Source: an uncultured Acidobacteriota bacterium
GTDB taxonomy: Bacteria > Acidobacteriota > Vicinamibacteria > Vicinamibacterales > JAKQTR01
DNA: 64,000 bases
Direction: 5' to 3'
NCBI GenBank assembly: GCA_963843385.1
Contig: CAWJJY010000007.1
Location: 132,244-196,243, forward strand
Every line of letters begins with the position of its first letter. Position 1 is the stretch's first letter. A model generated the notes under the pieces. That model was not told where the DNA came from. It ran no database searches and saw only the letters and a list, made by a program, of their open reading frames with translations. The translations under genes were made by a program, and so were the position numbers. Below are positions 11,114 to 20,482 of this stretch, in pieces.

Positions 11114-12029
11114 CGAAGCTTCTCCTTCTTGCCGCGTGGCTAGGCGTCCTGACTACAGGGCACTGGAGATTTGACGAGATGCGATGGCCGGGGGTTGCCC
11201 GGGCCCGGCCGCACGTGCGCGCATCCGTCCGCCAGGCCTCCCAGATGTTGCCGACCAGCACGCCGGCCAGGAGGTAGTACGCGGCGCCGACCCACTCGAA
11301 AACCGCGAAGCTGGTCACGGCAACGATCGTCCCGCACACCAGCTGGTGCGGGATCTTCACGGGCGATGTCGGCGGGTCGGTCAGGATGAAGAACGCGAAG
11401 AAGATGACCGCCTGGAGGTCCGGCGCGCGGAAGATCTCGGCGACCCGCACGGGGTCGCTCACGAAGGCCGTCGTCGTGAACAACAGGTAGTACCCGCCAA
11501 GGAACGCGAGCACCATCGGCATCTTGTTGATCCGGTCCGTGATGTAGATGCCGGTCGCGAACAGGACGATCAGCCCATAGGGCGGCAGGTCGGGGAGCGC
11601 GCCCCACCAGCTCAGGCCTGTATCGAAGACAAGGAAGGTCACGACCAGCGCCAGCGCGGCAGGATTGAACGTGTTCGCCGTGCGTGTCCGGATGAGGTAC
11701 TTGCTGATCACAGCGACTGCGGCCGTGATGGCAACGATGTGCCACGGTTCCTGCGGACTGAGCACCATCGCGACGATCAGGCCGGTGAGGAGTGCGCCGC
11801 CGGGGAATTCCCACGCATGGCTCCTCAAGCGAAGAATTGGCGCGTCGATGAGCATCGCGGCGAGGGCGGCGGCCGTGAGGCCCGGCCACACCTGGCCGAT
11901 CCCCTCGGCCGGCGCGGCCAGCGCGGCCAGCAGGACGAGGACGATCGTCAGCAGGCCCTTAGGCGTCCGGAAGAACCGCTGCATCGCCGACGCCGGCCTC
12001 GGAGCGTCTTCGGCCCAGGCTGTAATCAC
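10977..12029 (-). CDS. RnfD/NqrB-like integral membrane protein (true stop probably 11153)
   Basis: 'GALLTGLIVAMVL', 'SKYL...FNPAAL', 'FFILTDPPTSP'. As read, the tail runs into the next gene; deleting base 11228 gives 'WRRMRAR...SAL*'. Start could be 11984. Confidence 0.8.
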   Translation of the reverse strand: MITAWAEDAPRPASAMQRFFRTPKGLLTIVLVLLAALAAPAEGIGQVWPGLTAAALAAMLIDAPILRLRSHAWEFPGGALLTGLIVAMVLSPQEPWHIVAITAAVAVISKYLIRTRTANTFNPAALALVVTFLVFDTGLSWWGALPDLPPYGLIVLFATGIYITDRINKMPMVLAFLGGYYLLFTTTAFVSDPVRVAEIFRAPDLQAVIFFAFFILTDPPTSPVKIPHQLVCGTIVAVTSFAVFEWVGAAYYLLAGVLVGNIWEAWRTDARTCGRARATPGHRISSNLQCPVVRTPSHAARRRSFDAYSMDGGNNDRRKPGVGGVRHCPAIRRGLARAVQGSERGAGPAL

Positions 12030-12918
12030 TTCGCATCCCTCGCGTTGCAATACGTTCGAGCGCGGGCGTCACGAGCAGACCATCCACTCCGTGGCGCTCC
12101 AGCAGACGGATTCCTTCGTCGGGCCCGAGGACGAACGCGGCGGTCGCCAGTGCGTCGGCGAGCATGGCCGACGGCGCGATAGCTGTCGCGCTCGCGACCC
12201 CCTCGGCGGACGTTCCGCGTCGCGGGTCGATGATGTGGTGGCCCGACGCCTCGTCCGGCGCGCGCCGCTCGTAGTCGCCCGAGGTGCATACCGCGGCGTT
12301 GGACACCCGGAGTACCTCGATCACCTCGCCGTCCCGCCGAGGGTGTCGAATCCCGACGGACCACGGCTCGCCGCCCGCGTTGCGCCCCGCGAGATATACA
12401 TCGCCGCCGGCGTCGATGGCGTAGTTCTCGAACCTCTCCAACTCTCGCGCAGCCATGTCGATCGCCAGGCCTTTGGCCACGGCGCCAAGATCCAGCACGA
12501 GCGGCCGCAGCAGCGTGACGGTTCGCCGTTCAGGATCGAGGCGGACGTCGCGGAAGCTGACGGGCCCGCCAGGTTCAAGGCCGGTGCTGACGACCTCGCC
12601 GGTGCGGTAGTCTCGATTGAAGCCGAGCGTTTCCATCTGCCGGCCGACCGTCGGATCGAATGCCCCTTCGGTTTCCTCCGCCACCGCGATCGCGAACTCG
12701 ACGGCGGCGTAGAGCATGTCGCTGGCCGGCCGGGAGGCGAGGGGGAGCGCCGCGAGCTGCCTCAGCTCGCTTTGCGGGTCGAACCGATTGCAGCGCCGCT
12801 CGGTTTCGCGGAACCACGACAGCGCCCGCTCGATGGCACGCTCTGAGGCTTCGCCCACGACCTCGATGGTGACGATGGTCCCCATCAGCGGGACGGAGCG
12901 GCGGCACACGCTGTTCAC
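11959..12918 (-). CDS. apbE: FAD:protein FMN transferase
   Basis: MGT, 'FDPTVG', 'LDLGAVAKG', 'DAGGD', 'TSGDYER', 'HIIDPR', 'ADALATA'; GTG overlaps the upstream TGA. Confidence 0.92.
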   Translation of the reverse strand: MNSVCRRSVPLMGTIVTIEVVGEASERAIERALSWFRETERRCNRFDPQSELRQLAALPLASRPASDMLYAAVEFAIAVAEETEGAFDPTVGRQMETLGFNRDYRTGEVVSTGLEPGGPVSFRDVRLDPERRTVTLLRPLVLDLGAVAKGLAIDMAARELERFENYAIDAGGDVYLAGRNAGGEPWSVGIRHPRRDGEVIEVLRVSNAAVCTSGDYERRAPDEASGHHIIDPRRGTSAEGVASATAIAPSAMLADALATAAFVLGPDEGIRLLERHGVDGLLVTPALERIATRGMRSDYSLGRRRSEAGVGDAAVLPDA

Positions 12919-13757
12919 TTCGCCTTGGAGAGGGCGTCGACCACCGCGTAGTAGAACGCGTTGGCGCTTTGCGTGGCACCCGACACGTAGTCGACATCCG
13001 GGCTCTGGCGTGCGACGACCTGGCCCGGGAGGTGTGCCACCCAGGAACACGAGTATCTCGTCCAGCATTTCGAGATCACCGCTGACGCGATGCGGCCGCT
13101 TTCGATCACGACGGTGGCCTCGATATCGCCGTGGCGGCACCAGCCCCATCCCGAAAACGTGCCGTCCTTGTACCGAGGCTCCGGCGGGGTTGGCGGGGCG
13201 GCGGGCGCGTCGACCGCAGGAGCAAGCGCCGCGGCAACCGGACCGACCGAAGGCGAGGCTGGCGTCTCAGTTGGTGCCGGCACGGGCGCGGCAGACTGGG
13301 AAGTCTTGGGCGCCGGTGAGGACAGGTGAGGCGTGCCTGCAGGCGCGGCTCCCTTCTGGTCAGCCACGAGCAGCGAAGCCTTGACTGCATCTGCGTGCTT
13401 GGGCACCGCGGGCTTCGATGCTGCGACAGATGGCGCCGCGGGCTGTGTCGCTCCGGCAGAGCTCGCCGCCGGTGCCGGGCTCGACACGGCGAGCGCCGGG
13501 TTCGGTGGCGATGTCCTGGCCGGCTCTGCGGAGGCCGCCGGGGCGCCGATCCGACCCGACGCGACACGTGCCTCCGGAATGACGACCCGCGTGCGCTCTG
13601 CCGCCTCGAGCCGCTGTGCTGCATCTCGCGTCCGCACGTACCCGGCGGCGTAGACTGTCAGCACCGCGGCCGAACTGAGGGCGACGAGCCGATTCGCAAT
13701 CTTGCCGCCGGGAGCAGACTTGTCCCGTGGCGCGGGGGATGGGGGCATCTTGTTCAC
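12915..13757 (-). CDS. Membrane-anchored FMN-binding domain protein
   Basis: N-terminal hydrophobic anchor, Ala/Pro linker, 'YKDGTFSG', flavinylation motif 'DYVSGATQS'. Start approximate. Confidence 0.85.
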   Translation of the reverse strand: MNKMPPSPAPRDKSAPGGKIANRLVALSSAAVLTVYAAGYVRTRDAAQRLEAAERTRVVIPEARVASGRIGAPAASAEPARTSPPNPALAVSSPAPAASSAGATQPAAPSVAASKPAVPKHADAVKASLLVADQKGAAPAGTPHLSSPAPKTSQSAAPVPAPTETPASPSVGPVAAALAPAVDAPAAPPTPPEPRYKDGTFSGWGWCRHGDIEATVVIESGRIASAVISKCWTRYSCSWVAHLPGQVVARQSPDVDYVSGATQSANAFYYAVVDALSKAK

Positions 13758-13790
13758 GGACTCGACCTCGCGTGGGCTGTTGTGGCCGCG

Positions 13791-13796
13791 ATTATA
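13791..13796 (-). promoter_or_regulatory. Putative -10 box (TATAAT) of the FMN-binding/apbE operon
   Basis: ATTATA on + strand, about 35 bp upstream of the start. Confidence 0.45.
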
Positions 13797-13954
13797 GCCC
13801 GCCGACGCCGCCACCGGCCAGATGGGGGCCATCACTGTCGGTAGCAGGTCGCCTTGACCGGAGTAATTAGTACGACATCTGTCCGGTCGACTCAGGTCTC
13901 AGGGGCCGGAGCGCCCGCCTCACCCCGCCAGGCGGGCCGGGCGCCGCGAGCCGA

Positions 13955-13960
13955 TATAAT
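13955..13960 (+). promoter_or_regulatory. -10 box of a probably leaderless MFS transcript
   Basis: TATAAT followed 7 nt later by ATG13968; no SD. Confidence 0.55.
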
Positions 13961-13967
13961 CCTTGCG

Positions 13968-15248
13968 ATGATCGGCGCCGTTTCGCTTCGCCGGACGTTC
14001 TTCTCGCTGGGTATCTGGAACTTCCGCCTTTACTTCGTCGGCCAGGCCATCTCACTGTCGGGCACCTGGATGCAGACCATCGGCCAGTCCTGGCTGGTGC
14101 TCCAGATCACCGGATCGGGCACCGCACTGGGCCTGGTCACCGCGCTGCAGTTCCTGCCAATCCTGATCCTCGGTCCGTGGGGCGGCGTGATCGCCGACCG
14201 GTTCCCGAAGCGCACGATTCTCTATGGCACCCAGTCTGCAGCCGGCGTGCTGGCGCTGGTGCTCGGCATCCTCGTGGCGACCGGATCGGTGCGCCTCTGG
14301 ATGGTGGCCGTGCTGGCCCTCTGCCTTGGCCTCGTCAACACCGTGGACAATCCCGCCCGGCAGACCTTCGTCTTCGAGATGGTCGGCAAGGAGCAGATCC
14401 AGAACGCCGTCTCGCTGAACTCGGTGCTGGTGAACATCGCGCGGGTCGTCGGCCCCGCGATGGCGGGCATCCTCATCGCCAGCGTCGGCATGGCGTCCTG
14501 CTTCCTGGTCAACGCGGCGTCCTACATCGCCGTCCTCATCGCGCTGCGCATGATGCGCGCCGGGCAGCTCCAGCCTGCGCCGCTCGTCGCCCGCGCCGGC
14601 GGTCAGCTGCGGGATGCGTTCCGCTACGTGCGGTCCACGCCCGTGCTGCGCAACGCGCTCCTGATGATGGCGATCATCGGGACGCTCTCCTACGAGTTCC
14701 AGGTGGTCCTGCCGCTCTTCGCGCAGTTCACGCTGGGCGGCGGCGCGGGCACGTATGCATCGCTCACGGTTGCGATGGGCCTCGGTTCCGTCATCGGCGG
14801 CCTGTACACGGCGAGCCGAAAGACGGTCGTGCCGGGCATGCTGGTCAACGCCGCGCTGCTGTTCGGCGTGGTCATTCTTGCCGCAGCCGTCGCGCCCAAT
14901 CTGATGTTCGCGATGGCCGCCTTGTTCCTCGTCGGCGTCTTCTCGATCAACTTCCTCTCGCTCGGCAACGCCACCTTGCAGCTCGAGAGCGTGCCCGAGA
15001 TGCGCGGACGCGTAATGGCGCTGTGGGCGGTCGCGTTTCTGGGGTCGACGCCGATTGGCGGCCCCATCGTCGGCTGGATCGGCGAGTATGCGGGACCCCG
15101 CTGGGGGTTGGTCGTCGGCGGACTCGCCGCGTTGACGGCGGGAGCGCTGGGCTTCAGGAATCTTGGCAGGAAGGGAGCGTCCCCCATTCCTGACGCCGTG
15201 AAGATGGACGCGCAACGGGCCACCGAGAAGGACACGCGGATGTTCTGA
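13968..15248 (+). CDS. MFS transporter (MFS_3/DHA3-like)
   Basis: About 12 TM; 'NFRLYFVGQAISLSGTWMQ', 'GGVIADRFPKR', 'MRGRVMAL'. Confidence 0.9.
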   Translation: MIGAVSLRRTFFSLGIWNFRLYFVGQAISLSGTWMQTIGQSWLVLQITGSGTALGLVTALQFLPILILGPWGGVIADRFPKRTILYGTQSAAGVLALVLGILVATGSVRLWMVAVLALCLGLVNTVDNPARQTFVFEMVGKEQIQNAVSLNSVLVNIARVVGPAMAGILIASVGMASCFLVNAASYIAVLIALRMMRAGQLQPAPLVARAGGQLRDAFRYVRSTPVLRNALLMMAIIGTLSYEFQVVLPLFAQFTLGGGAGTYASLTVAMGLGSVIGGLYTASRKTVVPGMLVNAALLFGVVILAAAVAPNLMFAMAALFLVGVFSINFLSLGNATLQLESVPEMRGRVMALWAVAFLGSTPIGGPIVGWIGEYAGPRWGLVVGGLAALTAGALGFRNLGRKGASPIPDAVKMDAQRATEKDTRMF

Positions 15249-15384
15249 AGTTCGCTACCGTCGTCGGTTGGGCTGGATGGGGCGCGCTGTTGACGCGACG
15301 GACGGAAAGATGCCATCTTCGTCACACGCCATCAATCGGTGACGCTGCGACTGCAGCCGCTGCCGTCTCGTTTCGGGGGACACC

Positions 15385-15915
15385 ATGACGTACTATGGCG
15401 CCAGGGAACTGGCAGAGAGTCTGCGGACCGTCCGGAAGAACACCATCCAGATTGCCGAAGACATCCCGGAAGCACAATACGGTTTCACAGTCACTCCGGG
15501 CTGGCGCACGGTCAGCCAGCTGCTGACGCACATCGCCCACGGCTACCGCTTTCAGCAGCAGATCCACGCAGTCGAGCGGCGAACGACGCTGACCGGGTTC
15601 GATTTTCCGGCCTGGTCCGAACGTCTCAGGGCAGAGGAAGTTCAGCCTCGCGACAAGGCCCAGATCGTCGACATGCTCAAGCGCGAGGGCGACGCATGGG
15701 CGTCCTGGATCGAGTCGCGGTCCGACGAATTTCTTGCCGAGCGCGTGCAGTCACTTGGCGAGCCGCCCTCGAGCAAGAGCCGATTCGAGATGCTGCTGTC
15801 GACCAAGGAACACGAGATGCACCATCGCGGCCAGCTGATGCTCATCGAGCGGCTGCTGGGCATCGTGCCCCATCTGACGCGGCAGCGTCAGGCGCGCCTT
15901 CACGGGGCACGCTGA
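15385..15915 (+). CDS. DinB family protein
   Basis: 'RTVSQLLTHI' and 'HEMHHRGQL' His motifs. Confidence 0.88.
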   Translation: MTYYGARELAESLRTVRKNTIQIAEDIPEAQYGFTVTPGWRTVSQLLTHIAHGYRFQQQIHAVERRTTLTGFDFPAWSERLRAEEVQPRDKAQIVDMLKREGDAWASWIESRSDEFLAERVQSLGEPPSSKSRFEMLLSTKEHEMHHRGQLMLIERLLGIVPHLTRQRQARLHGAR

Positions 15916-16155
15916 ACCCTGCCTCGACTACCCGCCGCACGCTGTATCCAGGACCGTCGCCAGCAGAAACTGGCTGGCCCGAGCCTGGTTCGCGCACGCC
16001 TCCGCGCCGGTCTCGAGGCGGAACGCGGCGGGGGAGCCGGTGGCAGGGGCAGCCGGGAGTGTGAATGCAGCGGAGGGGAGAAGGCGAGCCGCGGACTCGT
16101 GGGCGCCGTGACGTTCGGAATTCCCCGGCGCACACGAGCCCGTGGCTCAGATCGC

Positions 16156-16593
16156 TCAGGCGCCGGCCTGGGCCGACTTGCCCGGCAGCGTCACGACGCC
16201 CAGCTGCTGCAGCAACCCGAGGCTGTCCCAGTTGACGAAGGCCTCGTGAATGCGATCCCCCATGAAGTGGTAGATCGTCAGGCCGGTGCCGTTCACGCGG
16301 CGTCCCGTCGGCTGAATCCCCTCGAGCGGCCCATTCTGCGTCCCGCTGTACCGCCAGCGGGTGACGACCTTGTCGCCGGTGGAAATGATCTCGTCGATGT
16401 CGAGCCGGCAGTCCGGAAAGGCCGTGCGATATTTCCTGACAAGACCCTTGGTGGCCTCGATTCCGCGAACCGGGTTCATCGGGTCGTTGTTCATGATGTC
16501 GCTCGTGCAGAGCTCATCGACCACCTTCAGATTTCCCTTGTTCCATGCTTCGTCAATCAGCCTGCGGACGCTTGCTTCGTGTTTGTCGGACAT
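16156..16593 (-). CDS. SnoaL-like ester cyclase / NTF2-like protein
   Basis: 'AWNKGN', 'RTAFPD', 'GDKVVTRW', 'PTGRRV', 'LGLLQQLG'; AGGAGG RBS. Confidence 0.88.
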   Translation of the reverse strand: MSDKHEASVRRLIDEAWNKGNLKVVDELCTSDIMNNDPMNPVRGIEATKGLVRKYRTAFPDCRLDIDEIISTGDKVVTRWRYSGTQNGPLEGIQPTGRRVNGTGLTIYHFMGDRIHEAFVNWDSLGLLQQLGVVTLPGKSAQAGA

Positions 16594-16883
16594 CAGATCC
16601 TCCTGTCATCCAGAGTTGCCACGTCGATCGCGAGCCGTGTTCGCCTGACGTCATGACGGGGAATACGGCCGCCTCCCGACGCTCGCCGGAATGGCGAGCC
16701 TCCGGCCCAAGGAGTCGTGTTGGTGGGAGACAACCCTTATAACATAAGTCGGAGTTAATAGTCACGTGCTTCGACAAGGGGATCAGGCAGAGCGCCCGGG
16801 CGCGGACCGTCGCGTCAACTCAATGGCTGAAAGCGCAGACCAACGCACACGCGGCCTCGATCGCGGTTCCGCCCGTGAACCGG

Positions 16884-17107
16884 CGCCAGGCGATGAAGCG
16901 TGCGGCCTGATCCGCCGCGAGGCGAGGAAGCGTGCGGCCGGATCCGCCGCCGGGCGATGTAGCGTGCGGCCTGATCCGCCGCCAGGCGATGAAGCGTGCG
17001 GCCTAATCCCTCGCCAGGCGAGGAAGCGTGCGGCCTAATCCCTCGCCAGGCGAGGAAGCGTGCGGCCTGATCCGCCGCGAGGCGAGGAAGCGTGCGGCCT
17101 GATCCGC
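16884..17107. repeat. Tandem repeat, 7 x 32 bp
   Basis: Consensus CGCCAGGCGA[T/G]GAAGCGTGCGGCCTGATCCGC; units start at 16884, 16916, 16948, 16980, 17012, 17044, 17076; no spacers. Confidence 0.92.
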
Positions 17108-17110
17108 CGG

Positions 17111-17116
17111 TATAAT
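17111..17116 (+). promoter_or_regulatory. -10 box (TATAAT) for the Clp-like ATPase gene
   Basis: TATAAT 3 nt after the array; AAGGAG at 17123-17128; GTG at 17140. Confidence 0.55.
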
Positions 17117-17139
17117 GCAGGCAAGGAGCGAAGAACCAG

Positions 17140-18573
17140 GTGGACACGGGCGCGCGACAGGGCGAATGTCTGCCCGCGCAGGCTGGAAACCTGCTCGAAT
17201 TGCTGGCGCGGAAGGTGGTCGGGCAGCCGGCTGCGCTGCAGCGGATCGTCCCGTATGTCCAGATGTACCAGGCCCACCTCAATCCGCCCGACCGCCCGGC
17301 CGGCATCTTTCTCCTGCTCGGCCCGACCGGCACCGGGAAGACCCGCACCGTCGAGGCGCTGGCGGAAATCATCCACGGCAGTCCGAAGAACCTGCTGAAA
17401 ATCGACTGCGCCGAGTACCAATCCGATCATGAGGTGGCCAAGCTCATCGGCGCGCCTCCCGGCTACATCGGGCATCGCGAGTCGAAGCCCATCCTGACGC
17501 AGGAACGCCTGCTCGCCGCCATCAGCCCGCACTGCGATCTCGCGCTGGTGCTCTTCGACGAAATCGAAAAGGCCGCGCCGGCCTTCACCGCGCTCCTGCT
17601 GGGCATCTTCGACCGGGCCACGCTGCGCCTGGGCGACAACACGCCGGTGAGCTTCGAGAAGACGCTGATCTTTCTCACGAGCAATCTCGGCGCGCGCGAG
17701 ATGGTCAACGCGGTGGGCCACGACATCGGGTTCCGGGGCGCCAGGCGCCGCGAGCCCGAGCAGGTCACCGACCTGTTGCACTCGGTCGGCTTCAATGCCG
17801 TGAAGCGACGATTCTCGCCGGAGTTCGTCAACCGGATCGACGTCGTCATCACCTACGGGACGCTCGGCGCCGAGGCGCTGGGAGAGATCCTCGACCACCA
17901 CATCGCCGAGTTGCAGGAGCACGTGCACACCCGGCTCGGAAAGCGGTCCTTCGACGTGGCGGTCAGCCCGGCGGCCCGCCAGTTCCTGCTCGGCCACGGG
18001 ACCAGCGACGAATACGGCGCGCGCGAACTGAAGCGCACCGTTCACCGGATGCTGACGCAGCCGCTGGCCGCTCTGGTCGCCGACAGTGCGATCGCGCCGG
18101 GAAGCCTGGTCGACGTCGATGTGGCCGAGGACGGGCGGACGCTCAGCCTGCGTCCGGGCGCTGGTGGGATGCCCATCGAGGAGCCGGAGGCGCCGCGGCC
18201 GGTCGTGCTGGCGGTTGACGAGAACGCCCACCTGCTGATGAGACTCGAGGAATCGCTCGGCCGGGCGGGGGTGGCGGCGCTCGTCGCCACCACCGCGGAG
18301 GAAGCCCGCGAGATCGCGGCGCGGCAGCAGCCCGACCTGGCGATTGTCGATATGGTGCTCGCCGATGGCGAGGGCCTCTCGGTGGCGCTCGAACTGCAGC
18401 GCGCACACCCGCACATGCGAATCGCCGTGACGACCGGAACGGAGTTGTCGTCGGACGAATCGGCGGTGTGCGAACGCCAGGGGTTCTCGGTGCTGCGGAA
18501 GCCGTTCCTGCCCGAGGACGTGGTGACCCTGGTGAAGAGCCTCGGCCTCCGCTGGTCGGCCGCTGCCGGCTAG
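17140..18573 (+). CDS. ClpA/B-type NBD2 AAA+ ATPase fused to a C-terminal receiver domain
   Basis: GPTGTGKT, GAPPGYIG, LFDEIEKA, IGF, FSPEFVNRID, YGARELKR; then REC 'VLAVDE...AIVDMVLADGEG...LRKPF'. Confidence 0.88.
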   Translation: MDTGARQGECLPAQAGNLLELLARKVVGQPAALQRIVPYVQMYQAHLNPPDRPAGIFLLLGPTGTGKTRTVEALAEIIHGSPKNLLKIDCAEYQSDHEVAKLIGAPPGYIGHRESKPILTQERLLAAISPHCDLALVLFDEIEKAAPAFTALLLGIFDRATLRLGDNTPVSFEKTLIFLTSNLGAREMVNAVGHDIGFRGARRREPEQVTDLLHSVGFNAVKRRFSPEFVNRIDVVITYGTLGAEALGEILDHHIAELQEHVHTRLGKRSFDVAVSPAARQFLLGHGTSDEYGARELKRTVHRMLTQPLAALVADSAIAPGSLVDVDVAEDGRTLSLRPGAGGMPIEEPEAPRPVVLAVDENAHLLMRLEESLGRAGVAALVATTAEEAREIAARQQPDLAIVDMVLADGEGLSVALELQRAHPHMRIAVTTGTELSSDESAVCERQGFSVLRKPFLPEDVVTLVKSLGLRWSAAAG

Positions 18574-18667
18574 GCTCGCAGCGTCGGGGCTCCATGAGTC
18601 ACGCGGGTGACAACCTCCGGATGGAGGCCCGGTCTTCAGACTCGGCGCGTCAGCCGGACTCTCGAAG

Positions 18668-20380
18668 CTAGTACCTCCAGCTCAGATCTGCGCCCGCCGG
18701 CGCCGTCAACAGCATCCGCTCGATCATCGTCGGGATGTAGCGCTGCTCGGCGCGCTGACCCGGGAACTCGGCTGCTCCCGAATAGCAGTGCGGCTGGCGC
18801 TTGCCGATGTCGAAGCTGCCGGCGTAGTACGGGTCCTTCGTGCTCTCGAGGAACTCCTGCAGCTTGAAGGTGGCCTCTTCCAGCAGATACGTGTCCTGGT
18901 CACCGATGAAGATGTGGATCTTGCCGGCCAGCTTCGGACCGATCTTCTTCCAGTCGCGCGCGAGGATGTGCCGGAGGTCGTAGTTCTCGCGCCAGTATTC
19001 GACGACGGACTTGTCGATGACGCCGGTCCACTTGTCGTAGAGCAGCTTCGGGTAGCCGTCGGATCCGACCGGGCCGAAAACCGCCATGAAGATGTCCATC
19101 TGATCGCCCGAACGCCCCCTGGTGCCCAGTACCTCCTCGAGACGGCTGGCATCGAACTGCGACATGGAGATCTCGTCGTCCAGCCCGCGCTGCCATGCCC
19201 TGGCCGGCGTCTTCTTCCACTCGCTGTTCGAGTAGAACGCGTTGTCGTCCCTGTAGATGTCGACCATCTGGAAATAGCGGAAGTCCACCGGGTCGGGACA
19301 GAACGTCCACGTGCCGTTCAGATTGTCCGGGTAGAAGATCTGCCAAGCGAGCGATTCCCATCCGCCGGTGGATCCTCCGTAGGTCATTCGCGCCCACGCC
19401 TGAGGGATGCCGCGGAATTCCCGCTCCACCCGCGGGACCAGTTCCTGCCATAGCGCGTCGCCGTACGGGCCGTTGTTCGCCGAGTTCACGGCGTACGAGT
19501 CGTCGTAGAAGGGTGTCGGGTGCTGGATCAGCACGATCACCACGCGGCCCATCCTGCCGGCCACCCAGTCCTGGTAGAAACGATACGCGGCAGCCTGCTG
19601 CCTCTGCTGACCCTCGGTCGCGGCGGGATCGGGAGGCGTCTCGCGAAAGCCGCCGAAGGTGCGCGGGAAGTGGCCCTGGTTGTAGATGACGGGGTAATGC
19701 GCGTTCGGATGCTCGTTCCATCCATCCGGCAGCAGGACGACGGCGCCCAGGTCGATGTCGGTGCCCCACCACTTGCTGAGGATGTCGCTTCTGAACTTGA
19801 TGTGCTTGATGTACTTCGTGTCGTGCGGCGGTTCGATCGCCGGGTTCTTCCTCGCGAACGTCACCTTGATGACACCGCCCGCCCTGGGATCGATGCGAAC
19901 CTTCTCGACGCTAGAGACGAGATTGCCGGGCGACGTGCGGTAGTTCTGCCCCTCCCAATGGTCGAGGTGCACCTTGATGGTGTGTCCGTCCGCGCGCGTT
20001 ACCGTGGTGTAAACGTTCAGTGTGGCCTGCACGAAGTAGTCGCCGGGAGGGATGTCCCGAAGGCTCTCCACGGGCCAGCCGCGTGTGCCTGCGTCGATGA
20101 CTGCCGGCTGACCGGGCTTCAGGCCGTTCACGTCGACGCCGAACATCGGTTGCGCGTTGTTGCCGCGCATCTGCGCCATTCGCGGCTCCGGCGTATCGCG
20201 TCGCGAGATCGCCAGGATCACGCGGCCGTCGACGGGCTTCGCCTGGAGCGTCGCCGGGAAGGTGACCTCGATACGAAGGGGTCTGGTCGACTGGGACTCG
20301 AGCGCGACGCCGGCGGCGGCGAACGCGACGGCGAGCATCAGGCCTGCAGCGACGCGGGAACGGATCATAAGCGTCTCCAT
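18668..20380 (-). CDS. Secreted putative esterase (alpha/beta hydrolase)
   Basis: Signal peptide; 'AVVLLPDGW', 'SANNGPYG', GGSTGG elbow, 'QPHCY'. Confidence 0.8.
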   Translation of the reverse strand: METLMIRSRVAAGLMLAVAFAAAGVALESQSTRPLRIEVTFPATLQAKPVDGRVILAISRRDTPEPRMAQMRGNNAQPMFGVDVNGLKPGQPAVIDAGTRGWPVESLRDIPPGDYFVQATLNVYTTVTRADGHTIKVHLDHWEGQNYRTSPGNLVSSVEKVRIDPRAGGVIKVTFARKNPAIEPPHDTKYIKHIKFRSDILSKWWGTDIDLGAVVLLPDGWNEHPNAHYPVIYNQGHFPRTFGGFRETPPDPAATEGQQRQQAAAYRFYQDWVAGRMGRVVIVLIQHPTPFYDDSYAVNSANNGPYGDALWQELVPRVEREFRGIPQAWARMTYGGSTGGWESLAWQIFYPDNLNGTWTFCPDPVDFRYFQMVDIYRDDNAFYSNSEWKKTPARAWQRGLDDEISMSQFDASRLEEVLGTRGRSGDQMDIFMAVFGPVGSDGYPKLLYDKWTGVIDKSVVEYWRENYDLRHILARDWKKIGPKLAGKIHIFIGDQDTYLLEEATFKLQEFLESTKDPYYAGSFDIGKRQPHCYSGAAEFPGQRAEQRYIPTMIERMLLTAPAGADLSWRY

Positions 20381-20482
20381 GCGATGTGGCGCGAGGGTAT
20401 CACAGGGCTTCCCGGCGCGCGATGCCTATCGCCGGCCTGTCGCCGGGCTGGCATTCTCAGCCGCCAGGAGTATCATCCCCCG

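Noticed and set aside
16884-17107. CRISPR array
   Set aside because: Units are contiguous with no unique spacers, and there are no cas genes in the window.
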